Assembly: GCA_020445745.1 (NCBI GenBank)
Contig: JAGRGB010000051.1
Coordinates: forward strand, 7,833 to 71,832
Reading direction: 5' to 3'
Source: Rhodocyclaceae bacterium
Lineage (GTDB): Bacteria > Pseudomonadota > Gammaproteobacteria > Burkholderiales > Rhodocyclaceae
Length of the DNA stretch: 64,000 bases
The position numbers and the translations under genes are program-made. A model generated the notes under the pieces. The model had not been told where the DNA came from, searched no databases, and was given only the letters and a program-made list of their open reading frames with translations. Below, one piece after another: positions 37,543 to 47,330 of this stretch; within the stretch, counting starts at the first letter, position 1; every line of letters begins with the position of its first letter.

Positions 37543-39387
37543 ATGAATCAGCGCATCGCCGAGGCCGCCATCGCAGCCGCACCGGAGTACGTCCGCCACG
37601 AGGGGCTCAAGCAATGGGTCGCCGCAATCGCCACCCTGACTGAGCCCGGCCGGGTCGTCTGGTGCGACGGATCGCAGGAGGAATACGACCGACTGTGCGC
37701 CGAGATGGTCGAGGCCGGCATGTTGATCAAGCTCAATCCGGAAAAACGCAGGAATTCTTATCTGGCCTGGTCCGATCCGTCCGATGTCGCCCGGGTCGAG
37801 GACCGCACCTTCATCTGCTCCGAGAGCCCCGACGACGCCGGCCCCACCAACAACTGGGAAGACCCGGCGAAGATGAGAAAGACCCTGAGCGAGTTGTTCA
37901 AGGGTTGCATGCGCGGTCGCACGATGTACGTGGTGCCGTTTTCGATGGGGCCGCTCGGATCGCCGATCGCCCACGTCGGCGTCGAGATCACCGACAGTCC
38001 CTACGTCGTCACCAACATGCGCACGATGACCCGCATGGGCAGGGGCGTGTTCGACGTGCTGGGCGCCGACGGTGCGTTCGTGCCCTGCGTCCACAGCGTC
38101 GGCGCACCGCTCGCCCACGGCGAGAAGGACAGCCGCTGGCCGTGCAACCCGGACACCAAGTACATCGTGCACTATCCCGAGACCCGCGAGATCTGGTCCT
38201 ACGGATCCGGTTACGGCGGCAACGCGCTGCTCGGCAAGAAGTGCTTCGCGCTGCGCATCGCCTCGACGATGGCCCGCGACGAGGGCTGGCTCGCCGAGCA
38301 CATGCTGATCCTCGGCGTCGAAAGTCCGCAAGGCGAGAAGACCTACGTCGCCGCCGCATTCCCGTCGGCCTGCGGCAAGACCAATTTCGCGATGCTGATC
38401 CCGCCGAAGTCGTTCGACGGCTGGAAGATCAGCACCGTCGGCGACGACATCGCGTGGATCAAGCCGGGGCAGGACGGCCGCTTCTATGCGATCAACCCGG
38501 AAGCCGGCTACTTCGGCGTGGCCCCGGGCACGTCCGAGAAGACCAACTTCAACGCGATGGCGACACTGAAGGAAAACATCATCTTCACCAACGTTGCGCT
38601 GACCGACGACGGCGACATTTGGTGGGAAGGAATGACCAAGGAAGCGCCGCCCCACCTGATCGACTGGCAGGGCAAGGACTGGACGCCGGAGATCGCCAAG
38701 GAGACCGGCCGCAAGGCGGCCCACCCGAATGCCCGTTTCACGGCGCCCGCCAGCCAGTGCCCGTCGATCGACCCGGCCTGGGAGGATCCCAAGGGCGTGC
38801 CGATCTCGGCGTTCATCTTCGGCGGCCGACGCGCAACCACCGTTCCGCTGGTGTACCAGGCCTTCAATTGGAACTACGGCGTCTATATGGCGGCAACCCT
38901 CGGCTCGGAGACCACGGCCGCGGCCTTCGGGGCTCAGGGCGTGGTCCGTCGCGACCCGTTTGCGATGCTGCCGTTCTGCGGCTACCACATGGGCGACTAC
39001 TTCAATCACTGGTTGAAGATGGGTCACGTCATCGAACAGACACCTAAGATCTTCTGCGTGAACTGGTTCCGGATGAACGAAAAGGGCCAATTCATGTGGC
39101 CCGGCTTCGGCGAGAACATGCGCGTGCTGAAATGGATCGTGGACCGCGTCAAGGGCCGGGTCGGTGCCAAGGAGACCGCCCTCGGCTGGATGCCCAAGTT
39201 CGACGACATCGACTGGAACGGTGCCGAGGTTACCCGGGAGGAATTCGAGGCCTTGACCCGCGTCGATGCCGAAGCCTGGAAGACCGAACTCGAAGGCCAC
39301 AAGGAGTGGTTCGACAAGTTGCAGGATCGCCTGCCGCGACAGATGATCCTGAAGCGCGAACTGTTCGAGCTGGCCCTGTCGGACTGA
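37543..39387 (+). CDS. pckG: phosphoenolpyruvate carboxykinase (GTP)
   Basis: 614 aa from ATG 37543. Motifs: FPSACGKTN (kinase-1a P-loop), [19 protein letters not shown] and NWF. It is colinear with GTP-type PEPCK. Confidence 0.97.
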   Translation: MNQRIAEAAIAAAPEYVRHEGLKQWVAAIATLTEPGRVVWCDGSQEEYDRLCAEMVEAGMLIKLNPEKRRNSYLAWSDPSDVARVEDRTFICSESPDDAGPTNNWEDPAKMRKTLSELFKGCMRGRTMYVVPFSMGPLGSPIAHVGVEITDSPYVVTNMRTMTRMGRGVFDVLGADGAFVPCVHSVGAPLAHGEKDSRWPCNPDTKYIVHYPETREIWSYGSGYGGNALLGKKCFALRIASTMARDEGWLAEHMLILGVESPQGEKTYVAAAFPSACGKTNFAMLIPPKSFDGWKISTVGDDIAWIKPGQDGRFYAINPEAGYFGVAPGTSEKTNFNAMATLKENIIFTNVALTDDGDIWWEGMTKEAPPHLIDWQGKDWTPEIAKETGRKAAHPNARFTAPASQCPSIDPAWEDPKGVPISAFIFGGRRATTVPLVYQAFNWNYGVYMAATLGSETTAAAFGAQGVVRRDPFAMLPFCGYHMGDYFNHWLKMGHVIEQTPKIFCVNWFRMNEKGQFMWPGFGENMRVLKWIVDRVKGRVGAKETALGWMPKFDDIDWNGAEVTREEFEALTRVDAEAWKTELEGHKEWFDKLQDRLPRQMILKRELFELALSD

Positions 39388-39412
39388 GGAGCACCCTGCC
39401 GCAGCCACGAAC

Positions 39413-39444
39413 AGGCCGGGCACAGCCCGGCCTTGTCGTATCTT
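39413..39444 (+). terminator. intrinsic terminator downstream of pckG
   Basis: AGGCCGGGC-ACA-GCCCGGCCT forms a perfect 9-bp stem (39413-39433). A T-rich tail TGTCGTATCTT follows. Confidence 0.6.
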
Positions 39445-39489
39445 GCCTGCTGGCGCACGATGTGCGCGATCGACACCATCCCGCGCCCG

Positions 39490-40650
39490 ATGTTTCCAAC
39501 TGCCGCCCTGCGCTGCCGACAGATCCAGCCGTTCCACGTGATGGAACTGCTGCGCCGTGCCCGCGAACTCGAGGCCGAGGGCCACGACATCGTCCATATG
39601 GAGGTCGGCGAGCCCGATTTCCCGACCCCGCGGCCGATCGTCGATGCCGCCACCCGCTTCCTCGCCGCCGGCCAGGTGCAGTACACCGGCTCGCTCGGAC
39701 TGCCGGCGCTGCGGGAAGCGATCGCCGGCCACTATCGGGAGCGCTTCGGCGTGGATGTCGATCCGCGGCGGATCGCGGTCACCCCGGGGGCCTCGGGCGC
39801 GCTGATGCTGGCCATCGCGGCACTGACCGATCCCGGCGACGTATGGCTGGTCCCGGATCCAGGCTATCCGTCCAACCGCCACTTCGTACGTGCATTCGAG
39901 GGGGTTGCGCAGGCGCTGGCGGTGTTCGCGGAAACCGCCTTCCAGCCGACCCCGGAGCAGGTCTCCGCGGCGTGGTGCGAGCGCTGTCGCGGCCTGATGG
40001 TGGCGAGCCCCGCCAACCCGACCGGCACCCTGCTGGATGCCACCGCCTTGGCGCCACTCGCCGAGGCGGTACGCGCGCGCGGCGGCGCGCTACTGGTGGA
40101 CGAGATCTATCAGGGGCTCAGCTACGGCGTGGAACCATCGACCGCGCTCGCCCTCGGTCAGGATCTGTTCGTCGTGAACAGCTTCTCGAAATATTTCGGC
40201 ATGACCGGCTGGCGGCTCGGCTGGCTGGTGGTGCCGGAGGGGTTCGAGCGGCAAATCGAAAAGCTCGCCCAGCACTTCTTCATCTGCCCATCTACGGTGG
40301 CCCAGCACGGCGCTCTGGCCGCGTTCGCACCAGGTACCCGCGACATCCTCGAGGCGCGGCGCGCCGAGTTCGCCGAGCGGCGGGATCTGCTGCTGCCGGC
40401 ACTCGAAGACCTCGGCTTCAAGATACCGGCGCGGCCGAACGGTGCCTTCTATGTCTATGCGGACGTCAGTGACCTCGACGACGACAGCGAGGCCCTCGCG
40501 CGGCGCCTGATCGAACACGCGGGGGTTGCAACCACGCCGGGCCTCGACTTCGGCAACCGCCAGCCACGTCGCTACCTGCGCTTCGCCTACACCACGTCTG
40601 CAGCAAGGCTCGAGGATGGGCTCGAGCGCATCGCGCGCCTTGTGCGCTGA
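39490..40650 (+). CDS. PLP-dependent aminotransferase, class I (AspC/AlaC-like)
   Basis: IQPFHVMELLRRARELEAEGHDIVHMEVGEPDF is typical of the family, and the PLP lysine is in NSFSKYFGMTGWRLGW. ATG 39490 is preferred, with ATG 39460 possible. TTG 39433 lies inside the terminator hairpin. Confidence 0.88.
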   Translation: MFPTAALRCRQIQPFHVMELLRRARELEAEGHDIVHMEVGEPDFPTPRPIVDAATRFLAAGQVQYTGSLGLPALREAIAGHYRERFGVDVDPRRIAVTPGASGALMLAIAALTDPGDVWLVPDPGYPSNRHFVRAFEGVAQALAVFAETAFQPTPEQVSAAWCERCRGLMVASPANPTGTLLDATALAPLAEAVRARGGALLVDEIYQGLSYGVEPSTALALGQDLFVVNSFSKYFGMTGWRLGWLVVPEGFERQIEKLAQHFFICPSTVAQHGALAAFAPGTRDILEARRAEFAERRDLLLPALEDLGFKIPARPNGAFYVYADVSDLDDDSEALARRLIEHAGVATTPGLDFGNRQPRRYLRFAYTTSAARLEDGLERIARLVR

Positions 40651-40677
40651 CCGCACACGCCGCCGCGCGATGCCGCG

Positions 40678-41403
40678 TCAGGCGGTACGGTTGCCGTTCG
40701 ACGCGCCTGCCGCGCTCTTCAGCCGGGCCTTCATCGCCAGCACCTTGCGGGCATAGCCTGCCTTCGGATCCTGCAGCGCGCCACCATAGTATTGCAGCGC
40801 CGACTGCATCGAGCCGTAGCGCCGCAGGCCTTCCTTCAATACCAGCGCACCGACGCGAATGTTCAAGCGGGGGTCGAACAATGCGCTCTCGTCCGCGTCG
40901 TCGCCGATCTTGTCCATATGGAAACGCGGGATCACCTGCATCAGGCCCTGGGCGCCGACGGTACTCTCGGCAAACGGGTTGAAGCTCGACTCGATCGCGA
41001 TCATCGCGACCAGCAGAAACGGATCGAGCCCGAGCTGGCCACCGACCGCCTCGGCCTCTGCCAGCAACGGTTCGAGTGCCACCTGCGAAACCCGATAGCG
41101 TCGCGCGACGTAGGCCTTGACCTTGGTCATCTCGCGGGACAGCGCCGGAGCCGCCTGGTCGATGCGGTCGACCGGAGCATCCGCCATCGGCTGGTCGGCA
41201 AACTCGCCGTCGGCCGCCACCTGGGCGGCAGCCTCGGACATTGCCAGCGGCAGCAACGGCGAGCCTTGCCGGCCACCCTCGAGATGGCCGGCGACGACTA
41301 TCGCCAGCGACAACAGGCCTGCCGTCAGCAGACCACCGTGGGCGACGTGTCCGGCGAATCGCCAGAATTCGATGAAGCGCCGGCGTGCGGGTATTGCGTT
41401 CAT
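40678..41403 (-). CDS. lytic transglycosylase (SLT domain) with N-terminal membrane anchor
   Basis: 241 aa from ATG 41403, preceded by AAGGAGG. The catalytic motif is IAIESSFNP, followed by GLMQV and ALQYYGG. Confidence 0.85.
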   Translation of the reverse strand: MNAIPARRRFIEFWRFAGHVAHGGLLTAGLLSLAIVVAGHLEGGRQGSPLLPLAMSEAAAQVAADGEFADQPMADAPVDRIDQAAPALSREMTKVKAYVARRYRVSQVALEPLLAEAEAVGGQLGLDPFLLVAMIAIESSFNPFAESTVGAQGLMQVIPRFHMDKIGDDADESALFDPRLNIRVGALVLKEGLRRYGSMQSALQYYGGALQDPKAGYARKVLAMKARLKSAAGASNGNRTA

Positions 41404-41660
41404 GTCTGACCTCCTTGCCGTGACCCCGCCGCGACCGACCGCGGTGGCCGGACCCAGGGCATACCCTGGACAGCTTGGAGTCTCCAGTAGTCGAGTGAGC
41501 GCAGCCTCGAGCCATCCGCTCCACCAGGCGGGCGCCCTTCGCGACCGGGCCCGGTGGCCGGTTGGCGGCGGTGGAGGCTGCCGGCGAAGCATGGCAGCAG
41601 AGTCGGATTTCTCGGGCCGTTGGCTGCGGCCGTCGTTTGCTGCAGCGCAGCATTGAACGA

Positions 41661-41689
41661 ATCATATCCGCCGCACCGCCTCGTGTCAA
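41661..41689 (-). promoter_or_regulatory. strong sigma-70-type promoter (TTGACA-N17-TATGAT) about 250 nt upstream of the SLT gene
   Basis: On the minus strand the -35 is TTGACA (41684-41689) and the -10 is TATGAT (41661-41666). The spacer is exactly 17 nt. An AT-rich stretch lies upstream (41690-41720). Confidence 0.5.
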
Positions 41690-41841
41690 TCATAAATTTG
41701 AATACAAATCAACACTCAACGGGCATACCCTGCCAATTTGCGGCGCACAAACCGTTCACCTATGGCGACTGCAGATGGGCAGGGGCGCGCCACGCGGCGG
41801 CGGACCACGTCGATTATCGGTTCGCGGCGGGAGCGGCTCGG

Positions 41842-42411
41842 CTAGGGGCGTGCCAGCGGCGAGTCGAGTCCAGCCATCAGGCGCGCCCAGTCGAAATGGG
41901 GGCCGGGGTCGGTCTTGCGGCCGGGAGCGATCTCGGAGTGGCCGGCAATCCCTGCGATCGGAAGGCTGCGGCACAAGGCGTTGACCAGTGCGCCAAGGCG
42001 CCCGTACTGGACCGGCTCGAAGGCGGCCTCGTCGCACCCCTCCAGTTCGATGCCGATCGAAAAATCGTTGCAGCGGGGCCGGCCGCGCCAGCTCGACTCG
42101 CCGGCATGCCACGCCCGCCGGGTCGTGGGCACGAACTGCACCAATTCGCCGTCACGGCGGATCAGGAAATGGGCGGACACCCGCAGTTCGGCAATCGACG
42201 GATAGAACGGATCGGCAGAGGCATCGAGGCGATTGGTGAACAGCGCTTCGATGTCGCTGCCTCCGAAACGGCCTGGCGGCAGGCTGATCGCGTGTATCAC
42301 CAGCAGGTCGACTGCGACGCCGGCGGGACGCTCGTCGCAATTGGGCGAGACGACGTGGCGGCAGCCCTCGACCCAGCCGTCCCGATCAGGTCCGCATACC
42401 GCCAGCGCCAT
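41842..42411 (-). CDS. ampD: 1,6-anhydro-N-acetylmuramyl-L-alanine amidase
   Basis: 189 aa. Motifs: SPNCDERP, LLVIHAISLPPG, VSAHFLIRRDGELVQFV, AWHAGES and NDFSIGIELEG. Confidence 0.92.
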   Translation of the reverse strand: MALAVCGPDRDGWVEGCRHVVSPNCDERPAGVAVDLLVIHAISLPPGRFGGSDIEALFTNRLDASADPFYPSIAELRVSAHFLIRRDGELVQFVPTTRRAWHAGESSWRGRPRCNDFSIGIELEGCDEAAFEPVQYGRLGALVNALCRSLPIAGIAGHSEIAPGRKTDPGPHFDWARLMAGLDSPLARP

Positions 42412-42460
42412 CTGTTCTCCCGGTCACCGCCGCGCGTGGCCCGCGCAATGCCGAAGCCGA

Positions 42461-42538
42461 TTGTCACACGCCCTGACAATTCGATGTCAATACCTGCCGA
42501 AGCCGTCCGGCCGAGATGTCAGCAATTGACATTGTCAA
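42461..42538. promoter_or_regulatory. cluster of TGTCA/TGACA inverted repeats: putative PilR enhancer (UAS) for pilA
   Basis: TTGTCA-N7-TGACAA at 42461-42479. A single TGTCA at 42485-89. TGTCA-N5-TGACA at 42517-42531. A perfect 13-bp palindrome TTGACATTGTCAA at 42526-42538. These lie 60-135 bp upstream of the -24/-12 element. Confidence 0.45.
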
Positions 42539-42575
42539 CCCTGCACGCGGCCAGAATTTTCCGCCATTTCGCTTT

Positions 42576-42589
42576 ATTTCAATAGCTTA
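42576..42589 (+). promoter_or_regulatory. IHF-like site / AT-rich bend between UAS and sigma-54 promoter
   Basis: ATTTCAATAGCTTA compared with the IHF consensus WATCAANNNNTTR gives one mismatch. It sits in the only AT-rich tract of the region. Confidence 0.3.
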
Positions 42590-42595
42590 TAAAAC

Positions 42596-42611
42596 TGGCA
42601 CGGTAGTTGAT
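42596..42611 (+). promoter_or_regulatory. sigma-54 (-24/-12) promoter of pilA
   Basis: TGGCACG-GTAG-TTGAT compared with the consensus TGGCACG-N4-TTGCW. The GG is at 42597-98 and the spacing is correct. The -12 element reads GA instead of GC. It lies about 50 nt upstream of the pilA ATG, and pilR/pilS are encoded nearby. Confidence 0.6.
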
Positions 42612-42662
42612 ACTGCTCAGTCGTAGCGGACAGCACCGCGAACATTGAAAAGGAGAATCACC

Positions 42663-43163
42663 ATGAAACGCGTCCAGCAAGGCTTCACCCTCATCGAACT
42701 CATGATCGTGGTTGCGATCATCGGCATCCTGGCAGCCGTCGCGCTGCCGGCCTACCAGGACTACACGGTCCGTGCCCGCGTGGCAGAAGGTATGTCCGCC
42801 GCGTCCGCCGCCAAGATCCAGGTCGCCGACGTCCTCGCCTCCGGCAACCCGCAGGGCGCCGCCACCGGCTACGCCACCGGCTGGACCGCACCGGCCGCGA
42901 CGACCAACATCACCAGCGTCGGCATCGACGCCACCACCGGCGTGATCACCATCACCACCACCGCTGCTGCGGGTGGCGGCACCCTGACCTTCACCCCGAA
43001 CGCGCCGATCAGCGCCGCCCTGCCGGCTGGCAATGCCGCCTTCACGCCGCCCAGCGACGCCGTTGCCTGGCGCTGTGCCGCCGCTGGCGCCGGCGCCAAC
43101 GGTTTCGCCGGTGTCAATGCGGGTTCGCTGCTGGCCAAGTACGCGCCGTCCGAGTGCCGCTGA
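42663..43163 (+). CDS. pilA: type IV major pilin
   Basis: 166 aa from ATG 42663, with AAGGAG 8 nt upstream. The class III leader is MKRVQQG|[29 protein letters not shown]-terminal Cys pair (WRCAAAG...APSEC) forms the disulfide loop. Confidence 0.94.
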   Translation: MKRVQQGFTLIELMIVVAIIGILAAVALPAYQDYTVRARVAEGMSAASAAKIQVADVLASGNPQGAATGYATGWTAPAATTNITSVGIDATTGVITITTTAAAGGGTLTFTPNAPISAALPAGNAAFTPPSDAVAWRCAAAGAGANGFAGVNAGSLLAKYAPSECR

Positions 43164-43191
43164 TCTGAAAGACTGGCTTCGCCAGACCCCG

Positions 43192-43221
43192 AAAGGCCGC
43201 GCGAGCGGCCTTTTTCGCTTT
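43192..43221 (+). terminator. intrinsic terminator after pilA
   Basis: AAAGGCCGC-GCGA-GCGGCCTTT forms a perfect 9-bp stem, followed by TTCGCTTT. A run of five T spans the end of the stem. Confidence 0.7.
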
Positions 43222-43308
43222 GGGGTGTCGCGCCGGGGGCGCTGAAGAACGGGCAGCATCGTGCCGTAATCGTTGCAGACATCCGCATCGCCCGAGCCGA
43301 CATCTGCC

Positions 43309-44106
43309 ATGACCGCGACCCGATCACGACGCATCCGCGCCTTCCTGCTGCACCTCTCGTCCAGCCTGCTGCTCGCCGGCGGCTTCGCCGCCGCGACCTA
43401 CTTCCTGTGGTATCCGTCGCCACTGCTGGCGATCCAGGGCGGGCTGTCGATCATCGCCCTGCTGCTCGCGGTCGACACGATCCTCGGGCCGCTGCTGACC
43501 CTGCTGGTGTTCAAGCCCGAAAAGGCCCGCCGCGAACTCGCCACCGATATCTCCGTGATCCTGGCGCTGCAGCTCGGTGCCTTCGCGTACGGTGCCCACG
43601 CCGTGCTCAGCGAGCGCCCGGCCTTCCTCGCCTTCGCCTACAGCCAGTTCTACGTGGTGCGTTCCGGCGACGTCAGCGGCAAGGCCGCGGCCGAGGTCGG
43701 CGACGCGCCGCGTTTCGGCGCGCTCGGCCCGCGCGTGGTGTTCGCCAGCATTCCCGACACAGCGCTGAAGAACGGCACGGCCCTGCTCGCCGCTGCAATG
43801 GGCGACCCGTCCTTCGCGCTCGATGCCAGCCGCTACCGCAGCAAGCCGGACGACCGGGCGCGACTCACGCGCGAGTCCCTGCTGGCGGCAGATGTCCCGT
43901 TGGCGGTCCGCAGCCGTGTCGCGGAACTGGCGGTCGCCAGCGGCACCGCGGCCGACGACGTCGCCCTCTACCAGGTGCTGGGACGCATCGCACCCGCACT
44001 CGCGGTACTTCGTCTGTCGGACGCCAAGCTGCTGGGAATCCTGGCCATCGATCGGCGCGGCAGCGCCGCGACGCTTACGGCAAAATCGGCGTCTGCCCGC
44101 CGCTGA
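43309..44106 (+). CDS. membrane protein downstream of pilA, putative TfpX/TfpZ-like pilin accessory protein
   Basis: About 265 aa from ATG 43309. It has three N-terminal TM helices (FLLHLSSSLLLAGGFAAATYFLWYP, IIALLLAVDTILGPLLTLLVF, ISVILALQLGAFAYGAHAV) and a soluble domain of about 165 aa. The family assignment rests on position and topology as I recall them. Confidence 0.5.
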   Translation: MTATRSRRIRAFLLHLSSSLLLAGGFAAATYFLWYPSPLLAIQGGLSIIALLLAVDTILGPLLTLLVFKPEKARRELATDISVILALQLGAFAYGAHAVLSERPAFLAFAYSQFYVVRSGDVSGKAAAEVGDAPRFGALGPRVVFASIPDTALKNGTALLAAAMGDPSFALDASRYRSKPDDRARLTRESLLAADVPLAVRSRVAELAVASGTAADDVALYQVLGRIAPALAVLRLSDAKLLGILAIDRRGSAATLTAKSASARR

Positions 44107-44121
44107 CTGCCACCGCCGGGG

Positions 44122-45512
<1,391 letters not shown>

Positions 45513-45516
<4 letters not shown>

Positions 45517-47087
45517 GGCTGACGCTTCCCAGTGAGACAGAAATGCCCGCCCGGCGCGTTGTCGCCGACTTCGAGGCTGGCCTGATTAGCATCGGCAAGT
45601 TCACGGGCAATATAAAGGCCCAGCCCGGTCCCCTTCGAATGGGTGGTGAAGAAGGGCTCGAAGATCTGGCGGCGGACCTCGGGACTTATGCCGCCGCCAT
45701 CGTCGACGATATGGAGCGCGATGCGGTCGGAGCCGACGGCTTCGGTGTAGAGTCGGATCGAACCCGGCGCGCCCGAACAATAGCGCCGCGCATTGCCGAG
45801 CAGGTTCCACATGATCTGGTTGAGGTGGGCGCGATCGAAGGCGAGAGTGTCGCCAGGGGCGAACTCGAGCGCAAACAACACCGCCTCGTGGTGCTCGTGG
45901 ACCGTGAACTCCTCGATGAATCCCGTCAGGAATACCTGCAGATCGAGGGCTTCGACGAGTACCTGCTCACGACGGCCGAGGGCCAGCACGTCGCGCACCA
46001 GTCGCTCGATGCGATGGGAGTTGTCGTTGATGATGCGGATCAGCCGGGCCCGCATGTCCGCGCGCTTTTCCTCTGCCAGCAGATCGGCCGCGTGGGTCAC
46101 GGCGGACAGGGGGTTGCGAACTTCGTGGGCGATGCTGGCGGTCAGGCGCCCGAGCGCCGCCAGCTTCAATTGCTGGGCCTGGGCCTGAATCTGTGCGAAA
46201 TCCTGCATGTAGATCAACCGGTCGCCGGTCTCGCCGACGCCACCGATGGCACGACACAGCAGCGCCCTGGGGCCGACCGCGATGACCATCGGTTCGGCGC
46301 CGGCGGCCAGCTCTGCCACCTCCGCCGACCATTGCACGAGATCGTCACCGGCGACGACGCCGCCACCGAGCCATTCGGCCGCCCGCGGGTTGAGCTGCCG
46401 CACCCGGCGGTCGTCGCCGACCACCAGCACGCCGTCCGGCAGATCCCGGATGATGTGCGCGTTGAGGGCTTGCTGGCGCCGCAGGGCGGCGCCCCGCTGG
46501 CGCGCCAGTTCCTCGTTGTCGCGTGCCCGCAGCGCCAGCATGCGCGATACCACCGCCACCGAGAAGAAGCCGACGCACAGCAGCCCGACCGCGAAGAAGT
46601 CGCCGGCGCCACTGCTGTAGACGTAGCGCCAGGCGTTCTCGCCGAGCACCGCGACCGAGGTCAGGGCGGCAAAGAACAGCACCAGCCGGCCGGCGGCGAT
46701 CAGGCCGGCGGCCGCCAGCACCACCAGCATCAGGATCGGAATGCCGCTGCGGTAGCCGCCGCTCGACCACAGGAACATCGCCAGCACGACGATGTCGATC
46801 AGCGTCTGGATCGCCACCAGCCGGTTCAGCCCCAGCCGGCGCGCGGCGTCGGGAAAGCCCAGCAACAGCGTCGCGGCGAGGTAGACGCCGGCGGCAATGC
46901 GAAAGACGGCGGGGGAGAAGGCACCGAGTTCGAGCGCCCGACCGGCGACCAGGAAGCCGCCGGCGATCACCAGCCGGAACAGGTTGAAATAGCGCAGCGA
47001 CTTCCAGCGCGTGTGGTCGAACTCGAATTCGTCGGCGGTGCTCACGCGTGCCCGTCGCGATGCAGGCGCTGGTGCTCGGGCGAACAA
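45513..47087 (-). CDS. pilS: sensor histidine kinase PilS
   Basis: The N-terminus is polytopic with six helices. A PAS-like region is followed by the H-box (ASIAHEVRNPLSAV) and HATPase motifs (DDGGGI, GTGLGLYIAREL). The stop overlaps the pilR start (ATGA-type). Start is TTG 47087 or GTG 47045. Confidence 0.88.
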
Positions 47088-47278
47088 TAACCGATCCCGT
47101 CCACGATCAGGGCCTCGCTCTCCGGCACGTGCACGCCGCAGTGGGCACAGGCCACCATGCGCTCGCCGCCAGCCGGTCGCGACTGGCGCTTGCGCAGGCG
47201 ATCGGAGGTCCGGACGAAGACGCGGCGGACGAAATAGATGCCGGCCAACAACAGGAGGAACAGGATCAGGGTTCGCAC
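47042..47278 (-). CDS. small membrane-anchored Cys/His protein (PP0621-family-like) upstream of pilS
   Basis: One TM helix (LILFLLLLAGIYFV) and a basic linker. The C-terminal motif is CAHCGVHVPESEAL...GYCSPEH. The TGA stop at 47042-44 overlaps GTG 47043-45 of pilS. Start is GTG 47278 or TTG 47308. Confidence 0.6.
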   Translation of the reverse strand: MRTLILFLLLLAGIYFVRRVFVRTSDRLRKRQSRPAGGERMVACAHCGVHVPESEALIVDGIGYCSPEHQRLHRDGHA

Positions 47279-47330
47279 GGCTGACGGGCAGGCTGCAGGT
47301 GGCGCCAAGTCTAGCAGAAGGGCGTTGGCA

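Noticed and set aside
34855-39387. A 1510-aa ORF on the plus strand.
   Set aside because: This is the mirror-image artefact. Only 37543-39387 ([17 protein letters not shown]...) is PEPCK. The N-terminal 900 codons are antisense to maeB and have no recognisable domain.
39433-39489. TTG 39433 (the ORF-track start) as the start of the class I aminotransferase.
   Set aside because: The codon lies inside the 3' arm of the pckG terminator hairpin (39413-39433). The ATG at 39490 gives an N-terminus of typical length before the conserved IQPFHVMEL block.
34894-39882. A 1662-aa ORF on the minus strand, the largest in the track.
   Set aside because: Only its last 758 codons (34894-37170, from [13 protein letters not shown]...) are malic enzyme. 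The upstream 900 codons are antisense to pckG and read as Arg/Gly/Ala/Pro-rich low-complexity sequence. This is an open shadow frame typical of high-GC DNA, not a fusion protein.
42645-42662. TTG 42645 (the ORF-track start) as the start of pilA.
   Set aside because: It would place the AAGGAG Shine-Dalgarno sequence inside the coding region and give an unusually long leader peptide. ATG 42663 gives the standard short leader MKRVQQG before FTLIELMIV.
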